NCBI RefSeq assembly: GCF_022045235.1
Contig: NW_027266330.1
Location: forward strand, 7,688,001-7,752,000
DNA: 64,000 nucleotides
Direction: 5' to 3'
DNA from: Haliotis cracherodii
Lineage: Eukaryota
This document shows positions 27,648 to 39,377 of this stretch, piece by piece. Positions within the stretch are counted from its first letter, which is position 1; the number at the start of each line of letters is the position of its first letter. The position numbers and the translations under genes are program-made. The notes under the pieces are model-generated. The model was given only the letters and a program-made list of their open reading frames with translations, ran no database searches and was not told the DNA's origin.

Positions 27648-27833
27648 GAACTATATTGGCTACGGTCACTGTCCGATTGACACATCACTAGCCCTGTGAC
27701 GTAATAAATATTAATGCGCGCATTCCATGAAAACTCGCAATGTTTCGGTAATGTTGTGAGAGAGGGAAAGCGATTTTGAAGCACAGAATTAAAGAATGAC
27801 ATTATATGATAAAGAGGTTATCACGCTTGTTTG
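27648..27833 (-). repeat. Dispersed repeat homologous to 5960-6154
   Basis: Reverse-complement similarity over ~190 bp. Confidence 0.75.
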
Positions 27834-28062
27834 ATATATCTATATATCTATATCTATATCTATATCTATAAAATAGCATTTGAATAGGCCTTAAACGTTT
27901 GAAAAAATATTTTCCCCAAAAATATTCTGATTTTTGTACAAAAGAAACAATTCACAGAATATCAGAGAAATGTGTCATTTTACTTTATTTGTTTCCGAAA
28001 CCGATTCAAATAAAAAAAACTTGAACAAGTTTGGTGGTATTAATTTAGAATTTTCATAAGGA

Positions 28063-28235
28063 TGAGTGAGTGAGTGAGTGAGTATGGTTTTACGCCGCTT
28101 TCAGCAATATTCCAGCAATATCACGGCGTGGGACACTAGAAATGGGCTTCACACATTGTACCCATGTCGGGAATCGAACACGGGTCTTCTGGGTGACGAG
28201 CGAACGCTTTAACCATTATGCTACCAGACCGCCCC
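28063..28235 (-). mobile_element. SINE family C, full length
   Basis: A/B boxes on minus strand; flanking direct repeat aaggatga. Confidence 0.9.
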
Positions 28236-29600
28236 TCAGAAGGATGATGTACAATGGTAATGATATAGATATTGACTTTAAAGGTGTTAGAAAAGAGTTA
28301 TGTACAGTGTTCCATAACAACAGGCTCCATAAAGTTTTATAGTAGAAATATGGAGGACAGTAATGGTGTACAATTCCCTATTTTGACCTGTACCAAGGGT
28401 TTCCATGTTTTTTAGGTGAACAATTGTTTGCGTGACGGGTGCCACCGCTGGGTTAGGATACGCTCATCTTTTTCGCATACACCTGGCAATATCACTATTT
28501 GATAAGGATTTATAAACACATGCTCATGATATAGTCGGAATGGTACAATCGACTCTGCTTTTAGCCGATATTGCTGCCGAATATGGAAATGGTTTTGTCA
28601 CTTTCATTCCGCTGATGGACTGAAGTCCCCGAGTTTCATTATAACCTCAGAAGCATTTATCTACCTGATAAGGAAATGTTTGGGCCTAGACTTTAATTTG
28701 TTTGTTTGTATACTTGTCGTAAAAGGCGACTGACGGGGTCGGGTTGTCAGGCTCGCTGACTTGGTTGATGCATGTCATCGATCCCAATTGTGTGGATCGA
28801 TGCTCATGATATTAATCACTGGATTGTCTTGTCCAGACTCGATTATTTACAGACCGTCGTCATATAGCTGGAATATTGCTGAGTGCGTCGTTAAACAACA
28901 TATCAACCCCTTTACGCCAAATGGAATCTGTTTCGGCATAAAATGTAGGCTGTTTTTTGTCTTTTTATATAAAAATTCAATTTTTTATTTATATAATCAT
29001 GCATATCTTTAATTACTGCAATAAACAATAAACATATTTTGACACGTTTTAAACCACCCATCATATATCAGTCATATCATTTGATGTCACGGTAATAAAT
29101 ATTTTTATGATTCAATTGATTCGTCTATTTTCTAATTGCAGGAGACAAGTAGCCGGTGTTTACAGACGTTTATACATAGGTGTATACACAACGGTGTACA
29201 CAAACCCTGTCTGTCGTGACATCAAGCATATCAACGTTTACGTGAATGATTACAACAGAGAAATAACTGGCAGTAGGTCTGATTAAACATCAGCCATATG
29301 CCACAAGGAAGTAATCGTGAACCCAGACTGAGATTGTTCTGTTATTAATGCTCTTGAAACATTCCTTGAGGTGAACTGGCAAACGCTGAGAGGACTCGTG
29401 ACCACGTGCCGGCTTCCAAGTGTCTTAATCTTTATCTTAGGGGTATTTATAAAAAAAAATCTCTTTGAAAATAAGGACATCAATGCAGATTGTCAGCGCA
29501 TGGAGATGTAAGTTTGAATAATTATTGCATTACGTAAACTCTCGATAACGAATATGCTATAAATTCAGGGAATTTGGAGATTGGATGGGATACCAAGAAT

Positions 29601-30587
29601 ATGTTGTTGCTTCATAACCTGACAAAAACATCTGACCCAATGACTTCCTTTGTACCAACACCTCTTCCCGAAACATGTCAACCAGACTGGGACAACGATC
29701 ACGAACGTGTTAAGAGAATTGTGTTAATACCGTTGTCAATCTGCATCATACTGAGCAACGGGGCAGTGTTACTCTTCATAGCATTACAGCGGAAGTTCCA
29801 TCGTCCAACCTACTGGTTTGTGACATCACTCGGAATAGCAGACATGTGTATTGGCTTCGTTTCAATAGGTACAGTGGCGACGAAGGCAAATGAGTCAACT
29901 TTAAACGTGTGTCTTGTGAGAATAGGATTCACAATCACTGGAATTCAAGCATCCACGATGTGCGTCATGTGGATTGCCATTGACCGATATATTGCAATAA
30001 CACGTGCTTTGAGATACACGCAGATAATGACAACGAAGAAAGTCGTGTTTGCCATGGTGTGGATCACCACACAATCACTTCTCGTGGGATTCGCGCCTCT
30101 GATTGGCTGGAATAATGCGAATTATAACCAGTACTGCTCTTTTTTATTCGTGGTATCGCCTGGATATGTTGTGCTGATATTCATTATAGGGGTGGTGCCT
30201 ATTTTGATAGTGTTTGTCATATACGTTCGATTGTACTGCAGTGCAAGAGGCCACATCAAGCGAATTGATGCTTTAGAGCAACTCGGTGTGACCCGGAAGT
30301 CAAGTGGAATCTTTGGCATTTCCGCCCGGAACTGGAAGTCAGTGAAAACTCTTCTGTGTGTGATTGGCTGTCTGTTGATCACGTGGTGTCCTTTCTTGAT
30401 AGCGACTGTTGTTCAGTTGGTCTCCGGAGAGAAAGCTTGTTTCTTGAAGGAAATTATTGGAACATATTTATTGATATTGGGGTTTTCTAATTCGTTTCTT
30501 AATCCACTAATCTATGCAGTGGGAACGAAGGATTTCAGGGACAACTTCAAAAGCACAATAAAGCGGCAGTGTTGTCCAGCGTCATAA
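29601..30587 (+). CDS. Rhodopsin-like (class A) GPCR, intronless CDS, ~328 aa; adenosine/GPR119-type branch plausible but unverified
   Basis: Seven hydrophobic segments; TM1 SN, TM2 SLGIAD, TM3 C...IAIDRY, TM4 W, TM6 TWCPF, TM7 NSFLNPLIY, helix 8 DFR..F; first ATG at 29601 (the ORF-track start 29574 is TTG); N-terminal NLT sequon. Confidence 0.95.
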   Translation: MLLLHNLTKTSDPMTSFVPTPLPETCQPDWDNDHERVKRIVLIPLSICIILSNGAVLLFIALQRKFHRPTYWFVTSLGIADMCIGFVSIGTVATKANESTLNVCLVRIGFTITGIQASTMCVMWIAIDRYIAITRALRYTQIMTTKKVVFAMVWITTQSLLVGFAPLIGWNNANYNQYCSFLFVVSPGYVVLIFIIGVVPILIVFVIYVRLYCSARGHIKRIDALEQLGVTRKSSGIFGISARNWKSVKTLLCVIGCLLITWCPFLIATVVQLVSGEKACFLKEIIGTYLLILGFSNSFLNPLIYAVGTKDFRDNFKSTIKRQCCPAS

Positions 30588-30894
30588 CCCTTCTATAAGA
30601 GGACGTACATGCCTTAGTGTAAGAACTACCACCCTTTCTGTGGTCATACGAAATCTCTGCTAAAAGCTGAGGCAATTGTAAAATTCTGATTATACAACAA
30701 GCATGCGTTTATGAATCACAAATGTACTGATAACAGGTGTACGCGAATCGGTGAGCGTATTCTGCCCCACTGATGGCACTCGTAATAAAATCATCAATCT
30801 GGATCTTATCAAACAAGAAACAATTGTTGGATTAAGATTATTGATTGTCTCAAAAAATAAAATAGAAACAAAAAATTAATGAAAGAAACTCGTC

Positions 30895-31014
30895 TGATAT
30901 TGATTTTCTATGGGGGTTTACAATTCCTGACATTTGTATTCAAATCTAAATTTTATATACGCAGTGGGAACAATGATTTCAGGGACAACTTCAGAAGCAC
31001 AAGAAAACCGCAGT
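30895..31014 (+). pseudogene. Degenerate duplicate of the GPCR TM7/helix-8 segment
   Basis: tacgcagtgggaacaatgatttcagggacaacttcagaagcacaa vs 30513-30557, with a 1-nt deletion. Confidence 0.8.
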
Positions 31015-31639
31015 CTGACTGACTTTTGATCTACTGACTTCTATTTAACATTTACACATCACTTGTTGAACAAAAACCTTCTAAGATGATTTACTTATAA
31101 AAGGAACACTTTACTTTGTACAATTTAGGAACAGTTATGGTTTCCCAGACCGATACAATGTTGTGGCTTAAGACGAATGATGCGTTATTCCATTATAATT
31201 CCATGGGGCACAAACAGCAATCGTTAAGGTATCACAGACGAATGCAGTAATGCAAGAATATGCTGTTATTGATGCCGTGGTTTGGATATCCGCGCGTGTA
31301 CACACGGCAAAACCTAGACAAATGTTTGCCTTGTTCAGTTAAAGTGACTTCTATACCCTCTGTGCCTGGAATTTCGGGCTGTGTGGGGTTAAAGCAAAGT
31401 TGTATTTCTTATCAGCGCTGTTTCGCTGAATACAGATCTAACTCTACACAAAAAAAGAAGAAAAGATCTAACTCTACATGTTTACATTCTTGTTGAGGAG
31501 ATTCCAGGCTGTGATTACGCAAGCGTGTTGGTTAAAAAATATAGTGCAAAATATTGTTCCTTATGCAAACACTTGAAGGGCGAATGTTTTCAGGGAAATT
31601 GTCGAGGGCATATTAAAGCAACATACAACACAAATGTGA

Positions 31640-31730
31640 TATCTTCTTTGAGAGGCGTTTAGAAGTACAGAAAATGGTACAGAATACAGTGTTAGAACCT
31701 ACACCAAAACGTCTCTCCTAATTGTTATAA
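31640..31730. mobile_element. Penelope-like pLTR remnants (inverted tail plus forward hammerhead half); similar at 54160-54290
   Basis: cttctttgagaggcgtttagaagt is the reverse complement of the 58315-58340 tail; gtgttagaacctacaccaaaacgtc matches 58275-58299. Confidence 0.65.
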
Positions 31731-31912
31731 AATTGGTTGGTTTGTTGTTGGACCAGTCAATCCAGTGATTGACATAATGAGCATCGATCTACACAGATGG
31801 GACACGACGACATGTATGAATCAAGTCAGCGAGCCTAACCGCCCAATCCCGTTAGTCTCCTCATGACAAGTACTGTCCAATCAACCAACTAAATGTACCA
31901 GCCCACCCTAAC

Positions 31913-33108
31913 AAGTCACCTTGTACTTGGAGGATATAAGTCACCTTGTACGTGGAGGATATAAGTCACCTTGTACTTGGAGAATATGAGTCATTTTGTA
32001 CTTGGAGGATATGAGTCACCTTGTACGTGGAGGATATAAGTCACCTTGTACTTGGAGGATATAAGTCAACTTGTACTTGGAGGATATGAGTCACCTTGTA
32101 CTTGGAGGATATAAGACACATTGTACGTGGAGGATATAAGTCACCTTGTACGTGGAGGATATAAGTCACCTTGTACGTGGAGGATATATGTCAACTTGTA
32201 CGTGGAGGATATGAGTCACCTTGTATGTGGAGGATATAAGTCACCTTGTACTTGGAGGATATATGTCACCTTGTACGTGGAGGATATAAGTCACCTTGTA
32301 CGTGGAGGATATAAGTCACCTTGTACTTGGAGGATATATGTCAACTTGTACGTGGAGGATATGAGTCACCTTGTATGTGGAGGATATAAGTCACCTTGTA
32401 CTTGGAGGATATATGTCACCTTGTACTTGGAGGATATGAGTCACCTTGTATGTGGAGGATATAAGTCACCTTGTACTTGGAGGATATATGTCACCTTGTA
32501 CGTGGAGAATATAAGTCACCTTGTACTTGGAGGATATAAGTTACTTTGTACGTGGAGGATATAAGTCACCTTGTACTTGGAGGATATAAGACACCTTGTA
32601 CGTGGAGGATATAAGTCACCTTGTACTTGGAGGATATAAGTCACCTTGTACGTGGAGGATATATGTCAACTTGTACGTGGAGGATATGAGTCACCTTGTA
32701 TGTGGAGGATATAAGTCACCTTGTACTTGGAGGATATATGTCACCTTGTACGTGGAGGATATAAGTCACCTTGTACGTGGAGGATATAAGTCACCTTGTA
32801 CGTGGAGGATATATGTCAACTTGTACGTGGAGGATATGAGTCACCTTGTATGTGGAGGATATAAGTCACCTTGTACTTGGAGGATATATGTCACCTTGTA
32901 CGTGGAGGATATGAGTCACCTTGTACTTGGAGGATATAAGTCACCTTGTACTTGGAGGATATATGTCAACTTGTACGTGGAGGATATGAGTCACCTTGTA
33001 CGTGGAGGATATAAGTCACCTTGTACTTGGAGGATATATGTCACCTTGTACGTGGAGGATATAAGTCACCTTGTACTTGGAGGATATGAGTCACCTTGTA
33101 CTTGGAGG
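31913..33108. repeat. 25-bp minisatellite with 6-unit higher-order pattern
   Basis: Unit TCACCTTGTAC(T/G)TGGAGGATATAAG; ORF translations repeat every 50 aa (150 bp). Confidence 0.96.
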
Positions 33109-34244
33109 ACATTAGGTTTTGAGGGGATAATTTCAAACAGGAATTACCGCGGGGGACTTCTCTTCGGGTTGTTTTCCTGGAACGTATGATATCATGACCC
33201 ACCAGGGACCTTATCGGTGCTAGGATATAGTTGTGCTGTGACGTCATAAAGGAAGACGTACATTTGACGTCAACTTGCTTCCGTATAAATCGCCATGTGT
33301 GCGGACTGTACAAAAATATCTTGTTTTTCTCTCGTTAGTTCGTAATGTTATAGAAATTATTTCAAAACATTTCAGCATACATGTCTACTTTCAATTAATC
33401 AGACGGAATATCTAAAAACTGCAACCATTACATAAACAGTTAGAAGACTGAAGATGAGTCCAAATGTTTGGTGTTATGTATCTCTGTAATAAATATGAAT
33501 TGAAGGTGATGAATTGTATTTTGCGGTCCTAGTTCAGTAGTTTTTAAAGTCGCAATGTGAATTTTCATCATAAGGTCCCTTATCTCATGGTTGGTCACAT
33601 ATATTTTTTCAACATCTGACTCGAGATTACCTGATTACAAAATGTTTCAGCTTGCCGAGGTAAATAAATAAACATTGACTCTCACCATGGAGATTTACAC
33701 ATGGGAGATTCATCACATGAATGTGTGTGTTCACACAATTAAGGCATACTATGTGACGTTACACTATTGTTTACACAATCCATTTCTTCACGAATGGGCA
33801 GTGCGTTGTCACATAGTTTTGCCAGCATCAACCCACATATTTATTAAAGTACACTTATAATTGATGGGGCACATTTTTTTATTTTGAGACTGATGTGAAT
33901 TATTACTTTTTTATTGAAAGTACGTGTCGCCAGCAGGGTTCTGTCCGCATCGTAAGACTTGAAGTGATGTACTAGTAGACCTCTGCTGAGGCGACATATT
34001 ACAGAGTTGTGTGAAAGTAACTATTGAATATGTCAAATTAAACTATCTAATATGCGTATAATCCTCAATAGCTTAGGGAATAGTATAGATAATGGTGTGT
34101 TACATCATGCTACTTATCAAAGGGGGTTAAACTTCGGGTTCAATATTTATGCACTTTTATAATCTCATATAGCGACGTCAGTCTACAAATAGTTCTGGTC
34201 TATGTTTCAAATATTTAAAAAAAGAATGTTTTGTCAAAATCTGA

Positions 34245-34455
34245 ACGTAGGGATGATTTATAAGTTCACGAAAGCAGGGATGCATTTTAAGTTCTGGAAA
34301 GTGGGGATGTGCTTTAAGTTTGAGAAGGTAGGGATGTGTTGTAAGTTCGGGAAAGTAGGGGTGTGTTTTAAGTCCGGGAAAGTAGGGGTGGTTTCAAATT
34401 TGGGAAAGTAGGGCTGTGTTTCAAGTTCGGAAATGTAGGTATTTGTTTTAAGTTC
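34245..34455. repeat. 27-bp degenerate tandem repeat (~8 copies)
   Basis: AAAGTAGGGATGTGTTTTAAGTTCGGG-like unit. Confidence 0.85.
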
Positions 34456-34839
34456 AGTGTTTATGTGTTTGAAGAATCAGCCATTTTTCCTCACGGACTG
34501 AAGTTCTCGTTTGTACGCTTTAATATAACATATCACATGGGGGAATGGGTTAGATATAACGCCAAAAAGCGACTAGACCAAGTAGGCATGTTATCAATAC
34601 ATCCAATATATTTTTCAAAACAACCTGACAAACATATTTAAGCATGACAAATACTAGCATACACGTTACTGCCTAAACACGGACTGTAAGTCCCCGGACC
34701 CTTGCATTCTACACAGGTATAAAAGTGCATATTATTTTAGAAAGGTGTATTACTGAGTGAGTATTCCAGTATTATCACGGCGCGTCAGCTTCATGCAGGA
34801 GGAGGGGTTCGAAGTGTCTTTGGTCTCAGGCGTTTATTA

Positions 34840-35004
34840 CTTTGGTCAAACGCACAAGCACGAGTATGGTACTAACAAACCTTGAAACATAATCAGGGCG
34901 AACGTAGGATTCGAACCCACAATCATAGGTGTATGGCGCGCCCAAGGGACGCAACTCTGCACCGCGAATTGCGGGGCCTTAGACGACTGGGCCATCTGTG
35001 CCCT
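34840..35004 (-). mobile_element. SINE family B 5' part, head-to-head with next copy
   Basis: Reverse complement of family B head. Confidence 0.82.
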
Positions 35005-35019
35005 CTAAGGGTGTATTAG

Positions 35020-35297
35020 CTGGGTGGCCCAGTCGTCTAAGGCGCCGCGTTTCGCTGTGCAGAGTCGCGTCCCTTGGGCACGCCAGAAACCTATGATTGT
35101 TGGTTCGAATACCGGTTCGCCCCGATTATGTTTCTAGGTTTGTCAGCACCATACCCGTGCTCGTGGGTTTCACCGAAGTGGTAAACATCTGAGACCTGCA
35201 TCACTTCGGGCTTTCCTCCCACATTAAGCTGAAACGCCGTGATATAACTGGAATACTGTTAAAAGCGGCGTTAAACCCAACTCACACACTCACTCAC
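35020..35297 (+). mobile_element. SINE family B, full length
   Basis: Colinear with 7196-7475. Confidence 0.9.
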
Positions 35298-36204
35298 TGG
35301 GTGAAATGACAGAACGGACTGAGGGTTCACCCGTAGGGTTACCTTGTACCATGGAAGTGACAGTTTATGTATCTGCTACCTGAACATATTTCAATGTTAA
35401 AATTTAACTACCCATTCCATGACTTAAACATGATAACAAATAGCGAGTTTAGCACCGCGTTACGTAAATCGACACACCGTACCTTGCTTGCACCCGAAGT
35501 ACCCTAGCTACGCATAGATCCTGTCTCCCCAGAAGCAAGTAGTTAATCTTCTGCAGGAAATGCCCTGTAAATTATCACTGTCAGACGCGAGTGCACAGAC
35601 ACTTTTATTGGCAATAAAACCATAGAGTGATAATATTGTTGAGTGACAAATGTAGAGAGGCGTTTAGGATCAATATCCGTACATAAAAAGACCGTATAAA
35701 AAACACACGACTTGAACGATCAGTGACTTGTGTCTCTCCTGAAAGACCTCTATCCACTACAGATCGAAGGCTGTCATATTCATTTTCATCGCAAACTAGA
35801 ATAGCAGCCTAGCGCGTTGACATACAAAATATTTTATCGCTCAAGAAGTTATTTGTGTTGCTTACTGTTCAGTTGCACCGGCGTAATAACTTACGGAGCA
35901 CCTTCGTTTTGCTTCCTTTTTCACTAATATACTCCGATGGAGATACATCAATGTTAAAGCTGTCTTCTCAGTCATGTTCGTATCTGTTATGTATGTTTCT
36001 GCTGCATTGCTGCATTTGTTCACTGTCATACATTAGACATGCAACTGAAAGGTCGGCGGTTGTATCCTCTGGTCGCGTCATAAGACATGGTACTTGTTGT
36101 TACTTTGCCTGTGGCTCAGCATCTAAAAAATAAAACAAGGACTGGCCGACTAAGAGTCGGTATACATTGATTGAGAGGAATATTACTGTTAAACTTTGAT
36201 CAAA

Positions 36205-36650
36205 CATCACCTAACATGTTTGATAGGCATTACTTAGAAGTTGGCGGATGACAAGATTGACACAATTTTATGGATAACAACTTCTTTAATACTGTAAAAA
36301 GCGACATTTCGGTATAGATCCTTATACCGTTGTCAAGCAAGACTGAATGAGGGACATAGTGCAGAATATATATAGTAGGTGGAGGATTAACAGTGGAGGA
36401 TTAACAGTAACAACAAAGGCATACATGAGTGGGATAACATGGGTAGTTGTCACACCTACCCATGTTATCCCACTCATGTATGCCTTTGTTGTTACTGTTA
36501 ATCCTCCACTTGCTATATATATTCTGCACTATGTCCCTCATTCAGTCTTGCTTGACAACGGTATAAGGATCTATACCGAAACGTCGCTTTTTACAGTATT
36601 AAAGAAGTTGTTATCCATAAAATTGTGTCAATCTTGTCATCACCTAACAT
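36205..36650. mobile_element. Penelope-like element remnant: two inverted pLTRs forming a 395-bp palindrome
   Basis: Arms 36247-36446 and 36456-36641; hammerhead-like motif in each arm; 13-bp direct repeat catcacctaacat at 36205-36217 and 36638-36650. Confidence 0.8.
36550..36587 (+). ncRNA. Minimal type I hammerhead ribozyme motif, U3-A8 variant
   Basis: gc-TTGACAA-c-ggtata-aggatc-tatacc-GAAA-cg-TC-gc: core, 6-bp stem II, minimal palindromic stem III, GUC site. Confidence 0.65.
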
Positions 36651-36993
36651 ACTGTCTTTTCAATGTACTATTTCACCGGTATATTTAACTGCGCTAAATT
36701 GAATTGAACGTCTCAGTTGGTCGTAAAAATGGCAAATTGCATGATCACTGTTATCCCTAAAACTGAAAATATGCATTCTCTGTCTACTGCGTTTCCTTCT
36801 CAAATTAACATTTACTGTGAATATTGTAATAACCGCAACCTTGCCTGTTGTAGCCTATCTATAATTGTACGCTTTATTATTTCAAAGTGTGTAAAAATAA
36901 AAATAATTAAAAATACATGTCGTTAACAACCTATGATATACCAATCAGAATCCCGTACTGTCAGAGTAGTGCTCGGATGAATAAAACACAGTC

Positions 36994-37390
36994 GAGGTAA
37001 ACATGGAGATATGCAACATTTACATACAGCATCAGGTAAACATGGAGATATGCAACATTTACATACAGAATCACGTAAACGTGGAGATATGCAACATTTA
37101 CATACAGAATCAGGTAAACGTGGAGATATGCAACATTTACATACAGAATCAAGTAAACATGATGATAAGCAACATTTACATACAGAATCAGGTAAACATG
37201 GAGATATGCAATATTTACATACAGAATCAGGTAAACATGGATATATGCAACATTTACATACAGAATAAGGTAAACATGTTGATATGCAACATTTACATAC
37301 AGAATCAGGTAAACATGTTGATATGCAACATTTACATACAGAATCAGGTAAACATGTTGATATGCAACATTTACATACAGAATCAGGTAG
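36994..37390. repeat. 39-bp minisatellite (~10 copies)
   Basis: Unit AGGTAAACATGGAGATATGCAACATTTACATACAGAATC. Confidence 0.96.
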
Positions 37391-38603
37391 ACTTGCACTT
37401 AGTGTTTGTTTGTTTGTTTGGTTTTTTTTGTTTGTTGTTTAGCGCCGCACTGTTTCCAGCTATATGGCGGCGGTCTATAAATAATCGAGTCAGGACCAGA
37501 CAATACAGTGACTGACATCATGAGCATCGATCCACGCAATTGGAATTGATGACATGCATCAACCATGTCAGCGAGCCTGACCACCCGATCGCGTTAGAAG
37601 AATCTGAAGAACTATTCTACCCCGCATCTCTACTGGCCTGTACTTTTATGATTACATATTTTGCACTTTCGTAAATCAGTATTGACTTTTTCATTGTACC
37701 GAAAGTGTTAAATACTCAGCTCAGGGTTCAGCCATCAGTATTTACATAATATGCTGATGGACATTAGGCCAGCCATATTGGTTGATGTGTTTCTCAGTTC
37801 CAGCAAGAGAGCATGAAAAATATAACAAAATAAATATGTTTTTCACTAATTGGGTAACATATTTTATGAAATATACATTTAGAACACTTGGTTATAGTCG
37901 TGAATATAAGTTCTGACGTAGATGAAGTCGCTTTGCTTCGGCATCAAATTTTTGATAAATATAGCTGAAGAAGATCAAGCTGACTTGGTTTTTTTATGAG
38001 TGTCCCATGGTTAGAGTACTTTTTTGTATCACATCGTGGCATATATTTCCCCAGCGGCGAGAACAATTGAGTAAAACCTTTATTATTTCATGTCGGAATG
38101 AAAATTCAGGGCGGGTGAGTAGATGGGAAATAGAAAAGAATACGGACAGCCTTAGGAAGGAAAACAGGTAAGTATGTCTAATGTGTATAATTGGCAAATA
38201 GAGGCCTAGTAAGTAATGTGACATCGTTCTTGTCATGTTCAGGAACAATTAGCCACCAGTGTTGTAGGTTAAGATTTAGTCTTTGAATAATAGCTTTTAA
38301 CATTTGTAATCCACCTGGAGTACTTAATGATAATATAATACACACTTAATCATATATTTAAGATATATGATCTATAATTGATTACATGACATTTTCAATA
38401 ATGTTAGATAAAGATCGATTGCTTCTACTTCGCGTGTCATCGGAACCCGGAAACACTTGGGGACCATCTCATAAATTTCAGTAGTTCTTATTTAATGTAG
38501 TTTAAGTTAAGCAATGCGTTTTTGTTTGAACTTATCAACATATTAGAATGTGTGCCAACACGCAAACACGTAGTAAAAAGTAATTCAGGTCTGTAATTTA
38601 AAC

Positions 38604-38781
38604 TACAGCAAAGTACGGTTATAACGAACTCAAAGGGACTACTTATTTTAGTTCGGTATAACCGTAGTTCGTTATAAGCATATACAGTAAAACTACAGCA
38701 AATAGTCGGGGCCAAAAAAGTAAGTTCGTTATATCCGTCAGTTCGTTATAAGCGTGTTCGTTATAACCGTAGTTTACTGTA
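38604..38781. mobile_element. Tc1/mariner-pogo (Tigger-like) MITE
   Basis: TA-CAG..tacggttataacgaac / gttcgttataaccgtagtttaCTG-TA; second copy at 56743-57103. Confidence 0.85.
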
Positions 38782-39102
38782 CTTGAATGATTATGACACA
38801 ACCTCCGGGGACAGCTAAAGAGACATGAATAATGACACCAGTCAAAACTAAGGGATCAATACACGGCTAGGAGTTCACTCATTAGCATTATACGATAACA
38901 ATAATGACAGATTCATAACCGATCAATCAGGGTCAGTAACACCATGAACACCTGTGTCAACATTAATAACGTTGCCAGAGAGACAACGCCAGTGAGTGTG
39001 TAGCTGAACGGTTTGTCTCATGTCCTATTGTGACGTCACTAGACAACCGCTGTACAACCACCAAACTCAGGGAAAGACTGAATACAGACATGGTTGCATG
39101 GG

Positions 39103-39377
39103 GGTTGGTTGGTTGGTTGGTTGGTTGTTTAACGCCGCACTCAGCAATACTCCAGCTATATGACGGCGTCTATAAAATAATCTACTCTGGACCAGGCAAT
39201 CCAGTGATTGACATCATGAGCATCGATCCACGCCATTGGGATCGATAACATGTATCGGCCAAGTCAGCGAGCCTGACCACCCGATCCCGTTAGTCGCCTT
39301 TTACGACAAGCATCGTCACCTTTTACGGCAAGTATGGGTTGCTGAAGATCTATTCTACCCCGGAATCTTCACGGGTC
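39103..39377 (-). mobile_element. SINE family A, full length
   Basis: TSD ttgcatggg at 39094-39102 and 39378-39386. Confidence 0.92.

Noticed and set aside
29574-29600. ORF-track start of the GPCR
   Set aside because: It is a TTG; the first ATG is at 29601
32121-33189. ORFs in the 25-bp array (likewise 36961-37515 in the 39-bp array)
   Set aside because: By-products of stop-poor repeat units
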